This document shows, piece by piece, positions 1 to 8,426 of a stretch of DNA of 64,000 nucleotides (positions are counted from its first letter, which is position 1; each line of letters opens with the position of its first letter). Source of the stretch: Truepera sp. (GTDB lineage Bacteria; Deinococcota; Deinococci; Deinococcales; Trueperaceae); assembly GCA_965218435.1 (NCBI GenBank), contig CBDCKW010000009.1, forward strand, positions 1,920,001-1,984,000, in the 5' to 3' direction. The translations under genes and the position numbers were made by a program. The notes under the pieces were generated by a model. The model saw nothing but the letters and a program-made list of their open reading frames with translations. It was not told the origin of the DNA and did not search any database.

Positions 1-244
1 TTAGTTGGGGACAGTTGCAGCGTGGCGCACGAGAGAAATCGGGGGTTGTAGTTCAGCTGCAGAGAAGCGTAACTCTCAAAGCGCCGAAACCATAACAGTA
101 AAAACCTGTATGAGACAATGCTCTCACGGCTTGAGGTGAAGCTCCTACTAAGAACTTTGTACATTGGCCCGCACCAGCCAAAGCTGCAAGCTTCAGACTC
201 GGCACCTACGAAAACCGCTCTGAGCGTTTGTTCGCCACCAATTG

Positions 245-631
245 TCAGCCGCCAAAAATAGCCGCCAAAGACCAACGCGCCGGACCCAATACCGTAAAAA
301 CTTGCTCGCCGTGCTCTCCGATACCGTACGCGACTTTGACGCGCTCACCTACGCTAAGGTGCTCAGTGGGTACTGCGGTGAGCGCCTTGACGACAGCGCC
401 GTCTTTAAGCTGCGCGACGATGATTTTGTTGGTTCCGTCTATATAGCCGATCTTCCCAGTCGTTTCACCCGTTTTCTGAACTTTATGGGTATGTGGCAAC
501 GCTTCAGCGACCCTTTGAACCACAGTTGTTGGCACGATGCCGAAACTGTGTGCAGGACGCAACTGCGCAAAACCTAACCAGACCAAGCCTGCTATACACA
601 GGACGAGCGCGGCAACGAGACTAAAGCGCAT
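245..631 (-). CDS. Hypothetical membrane-anchored/exported protein, last gene of the respiratory operon
   Basis: N-terminal hydrophobic helix followed by a small beta-rich domain; start overlaps the upstream stop (TAATG). Confidence 0.65.
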   Translation of the reverse strand: MRFSLVAALVLCIAGLVWLGFAQLRPAHSFGIVPTTVVQRVAEALPHTHKVQKTGETTGKIGYIDGTNKIIVAQLKDGAVVKALTAVPTEHLSVGERVKVAYGIGEHGEQVFTVLGPARWSLAAIFGG

Positions 632-1038
632 TATGGCGTAGCAGCGGTAACCTGAACAACGCCGATAGGCGTGTTGGTCTGCCGGTTGCTCGGGGCATTT
701 GACGTGTCGTAGCGGTCTTTGACAAAACGGCTGAGGTAAACGTAAGTTCCAGGAACTTCAAAGGTGTAGCTGTATGTTTCACCGGGGTAAAGGAGGCCGG
801 ACTCGAGCGCCGCCGCCCCGTCCGGCAGTTTGACGAGCGTCCCTTCATTTTTTGACTGTGGGTCCGCCGTTACGGTCTGCGGCGTCGTGCTGGTATTTTT
901 GAAGACCACAGTGGTTCCTGCGGTAATACTCAGGTTACCCGGCGTAAAGGGACGCTCGTCGCTGATTTCGACGCCGTAGCTCGTTCGTCCGGCACAGCCC
1001 GCCAGCAGCGCCAGTAACAGAAACAAGGTCGCTTTCAT
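631..1038 (-). CDS. Cupredoxin/plastocyanin-fold lipoprotein lacking type-1 copper ligands
   Basis: Lipobox LAGC; FTPGNLSITAGTTVVFKN and SGLLYPGETYSYTFEVPGTYVY are cupredoxin signatures. Confidence 0.8.
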   Translation of the reverse strand: MKATLFLLLALLAGCAGRTSYGVEISDERPFTPGNLSITAGTTVVFKNTSTTPQTVTADPQSKNEGTLVKLPDGAAALESGLLYPGETYSYTFEVPGTYVYLSRFVKDRYDTSNAPSNRQTNTPIGVVQVTAATP

Positions 1039-1046
1039 CCTTCCCC

Positions 1047-2909
1047 CTAGTCCAGCAGCTCGTTCGGACGGTTGAAATACTCGTCGCGCACTTTGTCACC
1101 GGCCATATACGCCAGCGCCAACAGCGTAGCAGTCGGGTTGGCACCGGGATTCTGCGGGTAGAGGGCCGCGCCTGTCACAAAGACGTTGGGCGTATCCCAC
1201 ACCTGCCCGTACTTGTTCGTCACTGAATTACCGGGGTCGGTCCCCATAATCGCGCCGCCCGTACAGTGCGTGGACTGATACTGATGCACGTTGTAAGGAT
1301 CGAGCGAGCCGGTAAAGTCGATGCGGTCAGGGTTCATCTCTTTGGCAATCTCATTGCAACGCTGAGCCAAAAACTTGTAGAGGTTCTTCTCATTTTCGTG
1401 AAAGTCGAAGGTCAGCCGCAGGAGCGGTTGGCCCCACGCGTCTTTATAGTTGGGGTCTAAGTCGAGATAGTTCTGTTTGTAGGCTTGCACTTCGCCCTGA
1501 ATTCCGACCCCGACGATGCCGTCCCAGTTGCGGCGCATGTTTTCTTTCCAGGCTTGGCCCCACTCGCTCCCCTGGTGGGCCAAACTGCCGACTTCGCTGC
1601 TGATCGTCGCGCCGCCCTGAACATCTTCGGCTTGTCCGCTGGGGCTTTCCGTTGCTGCCGGCGTCCCGGCCTTAAGAGACGGCATACTGATCACCGAAGT
1701 GAGCGGATCGTTCTGACCGCCGCCCGCGTAGATGGACGCCCCACCGATAAAGTTTTGCGCGGAATGGTCGAAGTTATCGGCGTTAAACTCATAGATCAGG
1801 TTTTGAATCACACCGTTGCCCATAAAGGTGTTGAAGCGCCGCCCTTCAAAAATGGCGTTGGCAGGCGTTTTAAGAATCTGGTAGGTATAGTTTTTCCCGA
1901 CCTTGCCTCGGTCGTTGCCGATCCCGTTAGGGTGGGCCTTACTTTTGGACAAGAGCAGCATCCGCACGTTGGTCAGCGTATAACCGGTGACCATCACCAC
2001 ATCGGCGGGTTGGACGTGCTCTTCGCCCGCCTCATCTATATAGGTGACGCCAGTCGCAAGGCCGTCCGCGCCGATGTTGATATGCAAGACCTTGCTGTTG
2101 GGGCGCACGTCCCAATTGCCGGTTTGCAAGGCGACCGGCACGTGCGAGGTCACGGCGCTCGTTTTGGCGTCTACTTCGCAGCCGAAACGGGTACAAAAGC
2201 CGCAGTAGATACAGCCCGAGCGGACGCGTCCCGAAAGGTCTTTATACGCTTCGGACAAAATGCCTGCAGGTTGCGGAAAGGGGTGGTAGCCCAGGTTGCG
2301 GCAGGCGTCGGCGAAGATTTGGGCGTGAACGCTGACCGGGTTGGGGGGTAACGGATAAGGACGTGAGCGCGGCGCTTCAAAGGGATTCCCGCCCGGAACC
2401 TTTTGCCCCGCCAGATTGCCCACCTGCCCGGCGGTACCGATATCGTAGTCTACGGTATCGTAGTAGGGCTCGAGCTCGTCATAGGTCAGCGGCCAATCTT
2501 GAACGGTCATGTTCGCTGGAATCTTATTTTTGCCGTAACGCGCTACGTTATGGCTGTAGTGCTGAAAGTCGGCGGGCAAAAAGCGCCAGAACTGCGCCGT
2601 CCAGTGAACGCTCGCCCCACCGAGGCCGTTTCCCGGCATAAACGACCCGAACTGCCGAATGGGTAACGCGGGCAAGCTGTCGTTGGGTCGCCAGCTCCAG
2701 GTTTCTTTCGCGAGGTCGAACATCATCGCTTTGCGGACGCGGTATCTGAGACCGTCGTGGTTATGGTTGTAGTCCGGGTTGGCCCAGCGCAAGGGGCCTT
2801 GTTCGATCGACACGACTTTGCGCCCCGCCGCCCCGAGTTTCCAGCCCATAATCGCCGCCGTCCATCCTGCGCCAATCGTTACCACGTCAACTTTTTTGTG
2901 TACTGCCAT
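1047..2909 (-). CDS. GMC oxidoreductase, gluconate 2-dehydrogenase flavoprotein (alpha) subunit-like
   Basis: IGAGWTA FAD motif, GNGLGGASVHW, CIYCGFC..FGC Cys cluster, STHCTGG, NPTAT. Confidence 0.9.
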   Translation of the reverse strand: MAVHKKVDVVTIGAGWTAAIMGWKLGAAGRKVVSIEQGPLRWANPDYNHNHDGLRYRVRKAMMFDLAKETWSWRPNDSLPALPIRQFGSFMPGNGLGGASVHWTAQFWRFLPADFQHYSHNVARYGKNKIPANMTVQDWPLTYDELEPYYDTVDYDIGTAGQVGNLAGQKVPGGNPFEAPRSRPYPLPPNPVSVHAQIFADACRNLGYHPFPQPAGILSEAYKDLSGRVRSGCIYCGFCTRFGCEVDAKTSAVTSHVPVALQTGNWDVRPNSKVLHINIGADGLATGVTYIDEAGEEHVQPADVVMVTGYTLTNVRMLLLSKSKAHPNGIGNDRGKVGKNYTYQILKTPANAIFEGRRFNTFMGNGVIQNLIYEFNADNFDHSAQNFIGGASIYAGGGQNDPLTSVISMPSLKAGTPAATESPSGQAEDVQGGATISSEVGSLAHQGSEWGQAWKENMRRNWDGIVGVGIQGEVQAYKQNYLDLDPNYKDAWGQPLLRLTFDFHENEKNLYKFLAQRCNEIAKEMNPDRIDFTGSLDPYNVHQYQSTHCTGGAIMGTDPGNSVTNKYGQVWDTPNVFVTGAALYPQNPGANPTATLLALAYMAGDKVRDEYFNRPNELLD

Positions 2910-2929
2910 CTTTCCCCCTTGGTTCGGAA

Positions 2930-2969
2930 AGAATACAGAATAAATGGGTAATTCTCTATTCTGTATTCT
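2930..2969. repeat. REP-like heptamer-based hairpin (related copies at 30902..30942 and 51637..51696; half copy at 27094..27122)
   Basis: AGAATACAGAATA/TATTCTGTATTCT perfect inverted repeat. Confidence 0.65.
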
Positions 2970-2990
2970 CTAGTCCTGCTAAATCTTTCT

Positions 2991-4034
2991 TTAGTTCGAA
3001 TGCTGCTGATCACGCCCCGACACCGGTAAGATAACCTCGCCGCTAGCCGGTTGCCCCGGATTAAAGTAGTTCAGGTCGGCGATCGCCTGCGGTTTTCGCG
3101 TCGTGCCTTCGGTCTGAATTTCACTCGGCAAATACGCGCGCTGTGCGCCGGGGTAACCCACCAATTTCCAACCGACCAGATCGCGGTTGCCGCCGTAAGC
3201 CGGGTCGGAAAACATCCCTTCGGTGGTGTGACGCCGGAGCGTGTGAAAAAAGCTTTCGGCGCTGAGTTCTTTGTCAAAGGTGGCGATTTTACCGCCCGCC
3301 ATGTCCCCGACGACGCCGTCTTGCTGCGCTTCGCTCAGGTTTGCGAAGTCTTTGCCGAACTGCGCGTTCGCGTAACGGTCGGTTGCCGCGACGCCGATAC
3401 GGTACACGTCTCGAGGGGTCAACATGGACTGGTAACCGTAGCGTTCAATCTGGTCGTGGGGCACCCACATCACTTTGTAGGGACCGTCCGTGTCGGCGGG
3501 TGGTTTATTCCCCGTATAGGTCCTGGCAAAGGGCGGTTCGCGGTAGGTCGGCTCGGGCAGCCCATCTTTGACATTTAAGAAGTTGTCAATGTAGGTGACG
3601 ACCCCCGCCTCCCTCGCGCCGGGGTCATCCGGGGTACCGGGCAAAATGCGAGCGGTCAGCGCCTCGACGGTGCGCGCCTCGTGTGGGGTAAAGACGCGCA
3701 GGATGTTCCGGGGCGGCGGCTCGGTCGGGGTATAGGGTACATCGGGGTACTGCTTGGCCGTCGGCACCTCAGCTGCGGGTAGCTCCCCAGACACGGCGAG
3801 TGGCTCGGCGGTGTCAACGCGCTCACACGCCTCGAGGCTGGCGGCCACCAAGGTTACCCCGGTTAATTTAAGGAAGTCGCGGCGTGAAGGCCCCTTCCGG
3901 CTTAGCTCAAGTTGGGTAGCCACCGGTTTAGCGGCCTTGTCGTTTTGTAGGCTATTTTTTTGTCTATCTTCGGGCACAGTGTCTTGGACGGTGTCTGGAA
4001 TGGCGTGCGCCGCTTTATGAGTACGTCTAAACAT
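2991..4034 (-). CDS. Gluconate 2-dehydrogenase subunit 3 (gamma)-like Tat protein
   Basis: SRRDFLK twin-arginine motif, PGAREAGVVTYID, EGMFSDPAYGGNRDLVGWKLVGYPG; ATG at 4034 follows GGAG. Confidence 0.88.
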   Translation of the reverse strand: MFRRTHKAAHAIPDTVQDTVPEDRQKNSLQNDKAAKPVATQLELSRKGPSRRDFLKLTGVTLVAASLEACERVDTAEPLAVSGELPAAEVPTAKQYPDVPYTPTEPPPRNILRVFTPHEARTVEALTARILPGTPDDPGAREAGVVTYIDNFLNVKDGLPEPTYREPPFARTYTGNKPPADTDGPYKVMWVPHDQIERYGYQSMLTPRDVYRIGVAATDRYANAQFGKDFANLSEAQQDGVVGDMAGGKIATFDKELSAESFFHTLRRHTTEGMFSDPAYGGNRDLVGWKLVGYPGAQRAYLPSEIQTEGTTRKPQAIADLNYFNPGQPASGEVILPVSGRDQQHSN

Positions 4035-4072
4035 CTTTTCTCCTGACTGGCGTAACCAGATCATTTCTGGGG

Positions 4073-4483
4073 CTACTGCAACGAATAGAAATAGGCGGCC
4101 ATATTCGCCGCGTCACTTCTGGTGACGCCCAGGTTCGGCATCGCGTTCCCAGGGTCAACCGCTTGGGGTACCTGAAGCCAGCGGATAAGATTGTCCGGGG
4201 TATTTGAAAGCCTACCGGCAATATACGCACGTTCAGCAAATTGCCCGTCGAGTTCGGGGCCGACCTGTCCTTTGACGTTGTCTATTCCCTGAATCGTGTG
4301 GCACGCGACGCAGCCGTAAGAGGCGAAAGCCGCTGACGCTTGCTCCGGGTCGCCCCCGACGACGGTGTGCGGCGGCGCTTTGGGAATATCGGTTCGCCCT
4401 GAAAGCTTCATGATGGCAATGAGGCCGACTAGCGCGACGATACCCACCAGCACGGTTGACAAAATGCGGTTTTCCCGTCTCAA
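4073..4483 (-). CDS. Membrane-anchored monoheme cytochrome c
   Basis: CVACH, GPEL, distal AMP Met; TTG start overlaps the ctaG stop and follows GAGGTG. Confidence 0.85.
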   Translation of the reverse strand: MRRENRILSTVLVGIVALVGLIAIMKLSGRTDIPKAPPHTVVGGDPEQASAAFASYGCVACHTIQGIDNVKGQVGPELDGQFAERAYIAGRLSNTPDNLIRWLQVPQAVDPGNAMPNLGVTRSDAANMAAYFYSLQ

Positions 4484-5376
4484 GGTCTCACCTCTTGAAC
4501 AGTTTGGGGCTGCGCGACTTGGGGCTGAGCTCTTGGTGCAAAAGCGTGTTGGCGTACCTGCATTCGCGCTTCGACGTCGCGCAGCCAAAGGAGAAAAAAT
4601 ATCCCGGCCAGCACTGTAAACAGAGTCCCCAGCGGCAACCACATCAGCAGGCCGGCGAGCTGTTGGTCACCTAACGCCGACCGGCCCAGCGCCTCGGTGG
4701 TTCTTGCATACGCGCCGTACCAGGGCGTCGGCGAAAAGGTGATCAGCGCCCCCAATGCGCCGCCCTGCAACGACGCGGCGAAGAGGTACAAAATCGCTGC
4801 GCCGCGCCCCAAACGCCGGTGACCGACAGGTTGGAGCAGCGTCCACCAAAAGAGCAATGAGGTGGCTAAAAAGGTGAGGTGCTCGAGCCCGTGCACCACG
4901 TTTGACCGCAGCGCGGCTTCGTAGAGTCCCGGTGTGTGCCAGACCCAAAACGTAGCCACGAACAGCGTCCAGGCGAGTACCGGGTTGGTCAGGGTATGAA
5001 CAACGTTTCTCAGAGCTTTTGCCCGTAACCAACCCTGCGCGACGGCTTTTCTCGCACTGGTAGGTAAAGCCCATAATCCGGCCACGACCGGCAAACTCAG
5101 CACCAGCAGCGGAGCCGCGACGATCATGATGAGCAGGTGCTGCACCATATGCGCGGAAAATAAGAGGCCGCTCAGCGCCTCGAGCGGCGAAATGAGCGCC
5201 ACCCCGAGAACTAAAAACGCACCGACACCGAGCAGCGCCCGCCACCGCTGAATGCCGCGCCCCACCCCGGCACGCCCCCAAAGCCTGAGCACGCCGCAGG
5301 TATAGAGCGCGAGCCCGAACAGCAAGCCGACGACGACAGCAGGCTCGAGCGTCCATAAACTCGTGACTCCTTTCAT
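4480..5376 (-). CDS. ctaG: Cytochrome c oxidase assembly factor, caa3-type CtaG
   Basis: FSAHMVQHLL, WHTPGLY, EHLTF and DQQLAGLLMW motifs. Confidence 0.9.
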   Translation of the reverse strand: MKGVTSLWTLEPAVVVGLLFGLALYTCGVLRLWGRAGVGRGIQRWRALLGVGAFLVLGVALISPLEALSGLLFSAHMVQHLLIMIVAAPLLVLSLPVVAGLWALPTSARKAVAQGWLRAKALRNVVHTLTNPVLAWTLFVATFWVWHTPGLYEAALRSNVVHGLEHLTFLATSLLFWWTLLQPVGHRRLGRGAAILYLFAASLQGGALGALITFSPTPWYGAYARTTEALGRSALGDQQLAGLLMWLPLGTLFTVLAGIFFLLWLRDVEARMQVRQHAFAPRAQPQVAQPQTVQEVRP

Positions 5377-5388
5377 TTCTCCCTCACC

Positions 5389-5814
5389 TCAGCGTATCCG
5401 GCACGGGTCTAAGAGCAGCATCGCTGCGCCCGTCGTCAAAATCAGAGCGAAGAAGGCGATACTCGTGACAAAACCGGCGTAGGTCATAAACGGGGTGACG
5501 CCTTCGTCGTGCCGACCGACCACCGCCGGGTCATCGCCCCGAGCCCTGCGCCAGTGCGTAAAACTGTTTACTCCGGCCCAGAGCGTCAATACAGTAGCGG
5601 CGAGTGAGATGATATAGAAGGGCAACCGTGAGCCGCCACAGACCGACGGCACGAACGCGTACCCGAGCAGCAGCTGCACCGCCCACGCCAAAGGACCGGC
5701 GAAAAAGCCGAACCAGAAGACGAAATAGTCTTTGGCCTCGTGGTAGCTGCCGCGGTAGTTAGCTTCACCGGCAGTGGCGGTTTGCCCGGTCTGTTTTTGT
5801 GTAGCCTGTTTCAC
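5389..5814 (-). CDS. Three-TM membrane protein, possible oxidase accessory subunit
   Basis: GPLAWAVQLLLGY..C; GTG start overlaps the subunit III stop. Confidence 0.65.
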   Translation of the reverse strand: MKQATQKQTGQTATAGEANYRGSYHEAKDYFVFWFGFFAGPLAWAVQLLLGYAFVPSVCGGSRLPFYIISLAATVLTLWAGVNSFTHWRRARGDDPAVVGRHDEGVTPFMTYAGFVTSIAFFALILTTGAAMLLLDPCRIR

Positions 5815-6476
5815 TACCGGGTCCCCAAAAAATGCGGCGACAAGTAGAGCGACGTCCAGACGAACAGCCACACGCCGTCTACAAAGTGCCAGTAGAGCGA
5901 GACATTTGAAAAACTCAGGTGGCGCTTGGGCGTAAAGTAGCCGAGCATAGCCCATAAGAGCATCACGCTCAGCAAGAGCACCCCGACCAACACGTGTAGC
6001 CCGTGCAACCCGGTAATGGTATAGAAGAGCGCCCCGTACGCGCCGTCTTGCGGCCTAAAATCAAGCTTGGTGTATTCATAAACTTGAATCCCTAAAAAGA
6101 CGACGCCGAGCAGGACGGTCAGCAGCAGACCCAGCTTGAAGTTACCCAGATGACCGCTTTTTAAGCGGCGCTCAGCCCAGATAAGAGCGGCGCTGCTCGA
6201 GACTAGGACGATCGTCGCCACCACCGGCAAGACAACCTCGGGCAGGTCTATCTCGTTAGGCGGCCAGACCGGGTTGTTCGAGCGCAAGTAAAAGTAACCG
6301 GACAAGAGGCAGGCGAAAAACACGGCTTCGGTCAGGATGAGAAGGGCGATCCCCCAACGGCTCGTTACCCGGCTACCCGACACCTGCGGCAGATCGAGGA
6401 GCGACTCACGGGAGATGTCGGCAAACGGGTTGGGTACCTGACCCAGTTGCCCTGCTTGATGATCCGTACCGCTCAC
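5814..6476 (-). CDS. ctaE: Cytochrome c oxidase subunit III
   Basis: ILTEAVFF, FYTITGLHGLHV, YWHFVDGVW. Confidence 0.92.
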   Translation of the reverse strand: MSGTDHQAGQLGQVPNPFADISRESLLDLPQVSGSRVTSRWGIALLILTEAVFFACLLSGYFYLRSNNPVWPPNEIDLPEVVLPVVATIVLVSSSAALIWAERRLKSGHLGNFKLGLLLTVLLGVVFLGIQVYEYTKLDFRPQDGAYGALFYTITGLHGLHVLVGVLLLSVMLLWAMLGYFTPKRHLSFSNVSLYWHFVDGVWLFVWTSLYLSPHFLGTR

Positions 6477-8416
6477 CTTTGCGCCTCCGCCCCTTCAAAC
6501 CTGTCCTGACGGCTGTTTTGCCGCGCGGCCTGCTGTTCACTGCGGTGCGGCCACAGCCACCACAGCGAAAAGACGAATACACCTGCCGCGCCGACACCGG
6601 TAAGCCACCACAGATGTAACAGCGTTCCCGCAAAAAAGACGAACATCGCGCCCGCGACGAAAAAGGGTGACGCGGATTCAGGTGGGATACGGATAATCTC
6701 TTCGGGCCGGGCTTCTAACAGGGTCGTGCCGATAGTTTCTCGTAAAAAGGGGTCGGTCGGGTCAACCTGGGCGGTGTCGGCACGCTGCGCTTCGGCCTCG
6801 ACATTACGGCGCTCCCAGAGCGGAGCCATGCTCGTGACCGGCGGGATGGTACGGAAGTTGTACGGCGGCGGCGGTGATGAAGTGGCCCACTCGAGCGTCG
6901 CCCCGTTCCAAGGGTTGTCCTCCGCGTCACCGCGTTTAGTCAGGCTCCAGTACACGTTGACGATAAAAAGAATCACGCCCGCCGCGATGGTGTACGCCCC
7001 AAGCGTCGAGATCAAATTGAGGTTACCCCAGCCCATTTCGGGCAGGTAGGTATAGATGCGGCGCGGCATCCCGAGCAGTCCCAACAGGTGCTGCACAAAA
7101 AAAGCGACGTTAAAGCCGACGAACATCAGCCAAAAGTTCCATTTGCCCAAGGTGTCGTTTAACATTTTGCCGGTTATTTTAGGAAACCAGTAGTAAAACG
7201 CGCCGAAGAGCGGAAACACCATCCCACCGACTAAGGTATAGTGAAAGTGCGCCACGATAAAGTAAGTGTCGGTCACCTGCCGGTCAAACGAGATCACCGG
7301 AAACATCACGCCCGTGACCCCGCCGATCACGAATAAGACGATAAACCCGGCGGCGAAGAGCAGCGGCGTTTTGAAGTTGGGATTCCCGCTTAAGATCGTC
7401 GCGATCCAGGCGAATACCTGAATGCCTGCAGGCAGCGCGATAATGACGCTCGCCGCTGCGAAAAATGAACCGGACAAGGGCGAGATGCCGGTCGCAAACA
7501 TGTGGTGCGCCCACACGCCGAAGCCGATCATGCCGGTTAAGACCGTCGACATAGCGACGAGGTTATAGGCGACCAGAGGACGACGTGAAAAGGTTTGGAT
7601 AATTTCCGATACGAAGCCGAACGCCGGTAAGACGATGATGTATACGTCCGGGTGACCGAACACCCAAAAGAGGTGCTGCCACAAGAGCGGCGAGCCGCCC
7701 CCGGCAGGGTCAAAAAACTTCAGGTCGAAGGTGCGCTCGAGCCACAAAAACACGTTGGCGGTGTTGAGCGCCGGAATCGCAAACAGCACCGCAAACGAGG
7801 TGACTAAAATAGACCAGCAGAAGATCGGGATGCGGTTGATGGACATCCCCGGCGCACGCATCCGGAAGATCGTCACGATGAAGTTGATCGCGCCCGCCGT
7901 GGTTGCAAAGCCTAAAAAGAGGAGCCCTAAGACGTAGTAGTCGATCCCGAGTCCCGGCGTGTACTTGCTGGTGGTGTAGGGCACGTAAGCAAACCAGCCG
8001 CCGTTCGGTACGCGGCCGACTAAGAGGCTCGAGTAGATAAACCCGGCAGAAAACAGATAGACCCAGTAGCCAAAGGCGTTCAGCCGCGGAAACGCCATAT
8101 CGCGCGCACCGATTAAAAGCGGGACCAAAAAGTTGCCGAAACCGAACAAGATCGGCGTGGCGAAGAAAAAAATCATCATGGTGCCGTGCATGGTAAAGTA
8201 CTCGTTATATGACGCCGGGCTTAAAAAGCTGTTGCCGGGTCTGATAAGCTGCGTACGGATCATCATGGCGTCGGTACCGGCGAGCAAAAAGACCGCGAAC
8301 GCCGTAACGATGTAACGAATCCCGATGGTTTTATGGTCAACGGTTGTCAACCAGCCGAAGAGCCCGCCGCCCTCCCAGATACTTTTTAATTCCCGACTCG
8401 GCAGTGACTGAGCCAT
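6473..8416 (-). CDS. ctaD: Heme-copper oxidase subunit I (A-family-like, atypical proton-channel residues)
   Basis: TVDHK, TMHGT, RDMAFPRLN, GHPDVY, WAHHMF, AHFHY, GMPRR. Confidence 0.95.
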   Translation of the reverse strand: MAQSLPSRELKSIWEGGGLFGWLTTVDHKTIGIRYIVTAFAVFLLAGTDAMMIRTQLIRPGNSFLSPASYNEYFTMHGTMMIFFFATPILFGFGNFLVPLLIGARDMAFPRLNAFGYWVYLFSAGFIYSSLLVGRVPNGGWFAYVPYTTSKYTPGLGIDYYVLGLLFLGFATTAGAINFIVTIFRMRAPGMSINRIPIFCWSILVTSFAVLFAIPALNTANVFLWLERTFDLKFFDPAGGGSPLLWQHLFWVFGHPDVYIIVLPAFGFVSEIIQTFSRRPLVAYNLVAMSTVLTGMIGFGVWAHHMFATGISPLSGSFFAAASVIIALPAGIQVFAWIATILSGNPNFKTPLLFAAGFIVLFVIGGVTGVMFPVISFDRQVTDTYFIVAHFHYTLVGGMVFPLFGAFYYWFPKITGKMLNDTLGKWNFWLMFVGFNVAFFVQHLLGLLGMPRRIYTYLPEMGWGNLNLISTLGAYTIAAGVILFIVNVYWSLTKRGDAEDNPWNGATLEWATSSPPPPYNFRTIPPVTSMAPLWERRNVEAEAQRADTAQVDPTDPFLRETIGTTLLEARPEEIIRIPPESASPFFVAGAMFVFFAGTLLHLWWLTGVGAAGVFVFSLWWLWPHRSEQQAARQNSRQDRFEGAEAQR

Positions 8417-8426
8417 CTTATCCCCT

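Noticed and set aside
1485..2351. Long antisense or alternate-frame ORFs (also 4667..5356, 41946..42467, 56786..57319)
   Set aside because: Shadow ORFs over well-supported genes in GC-rich DNA, with no recognisable motifs.
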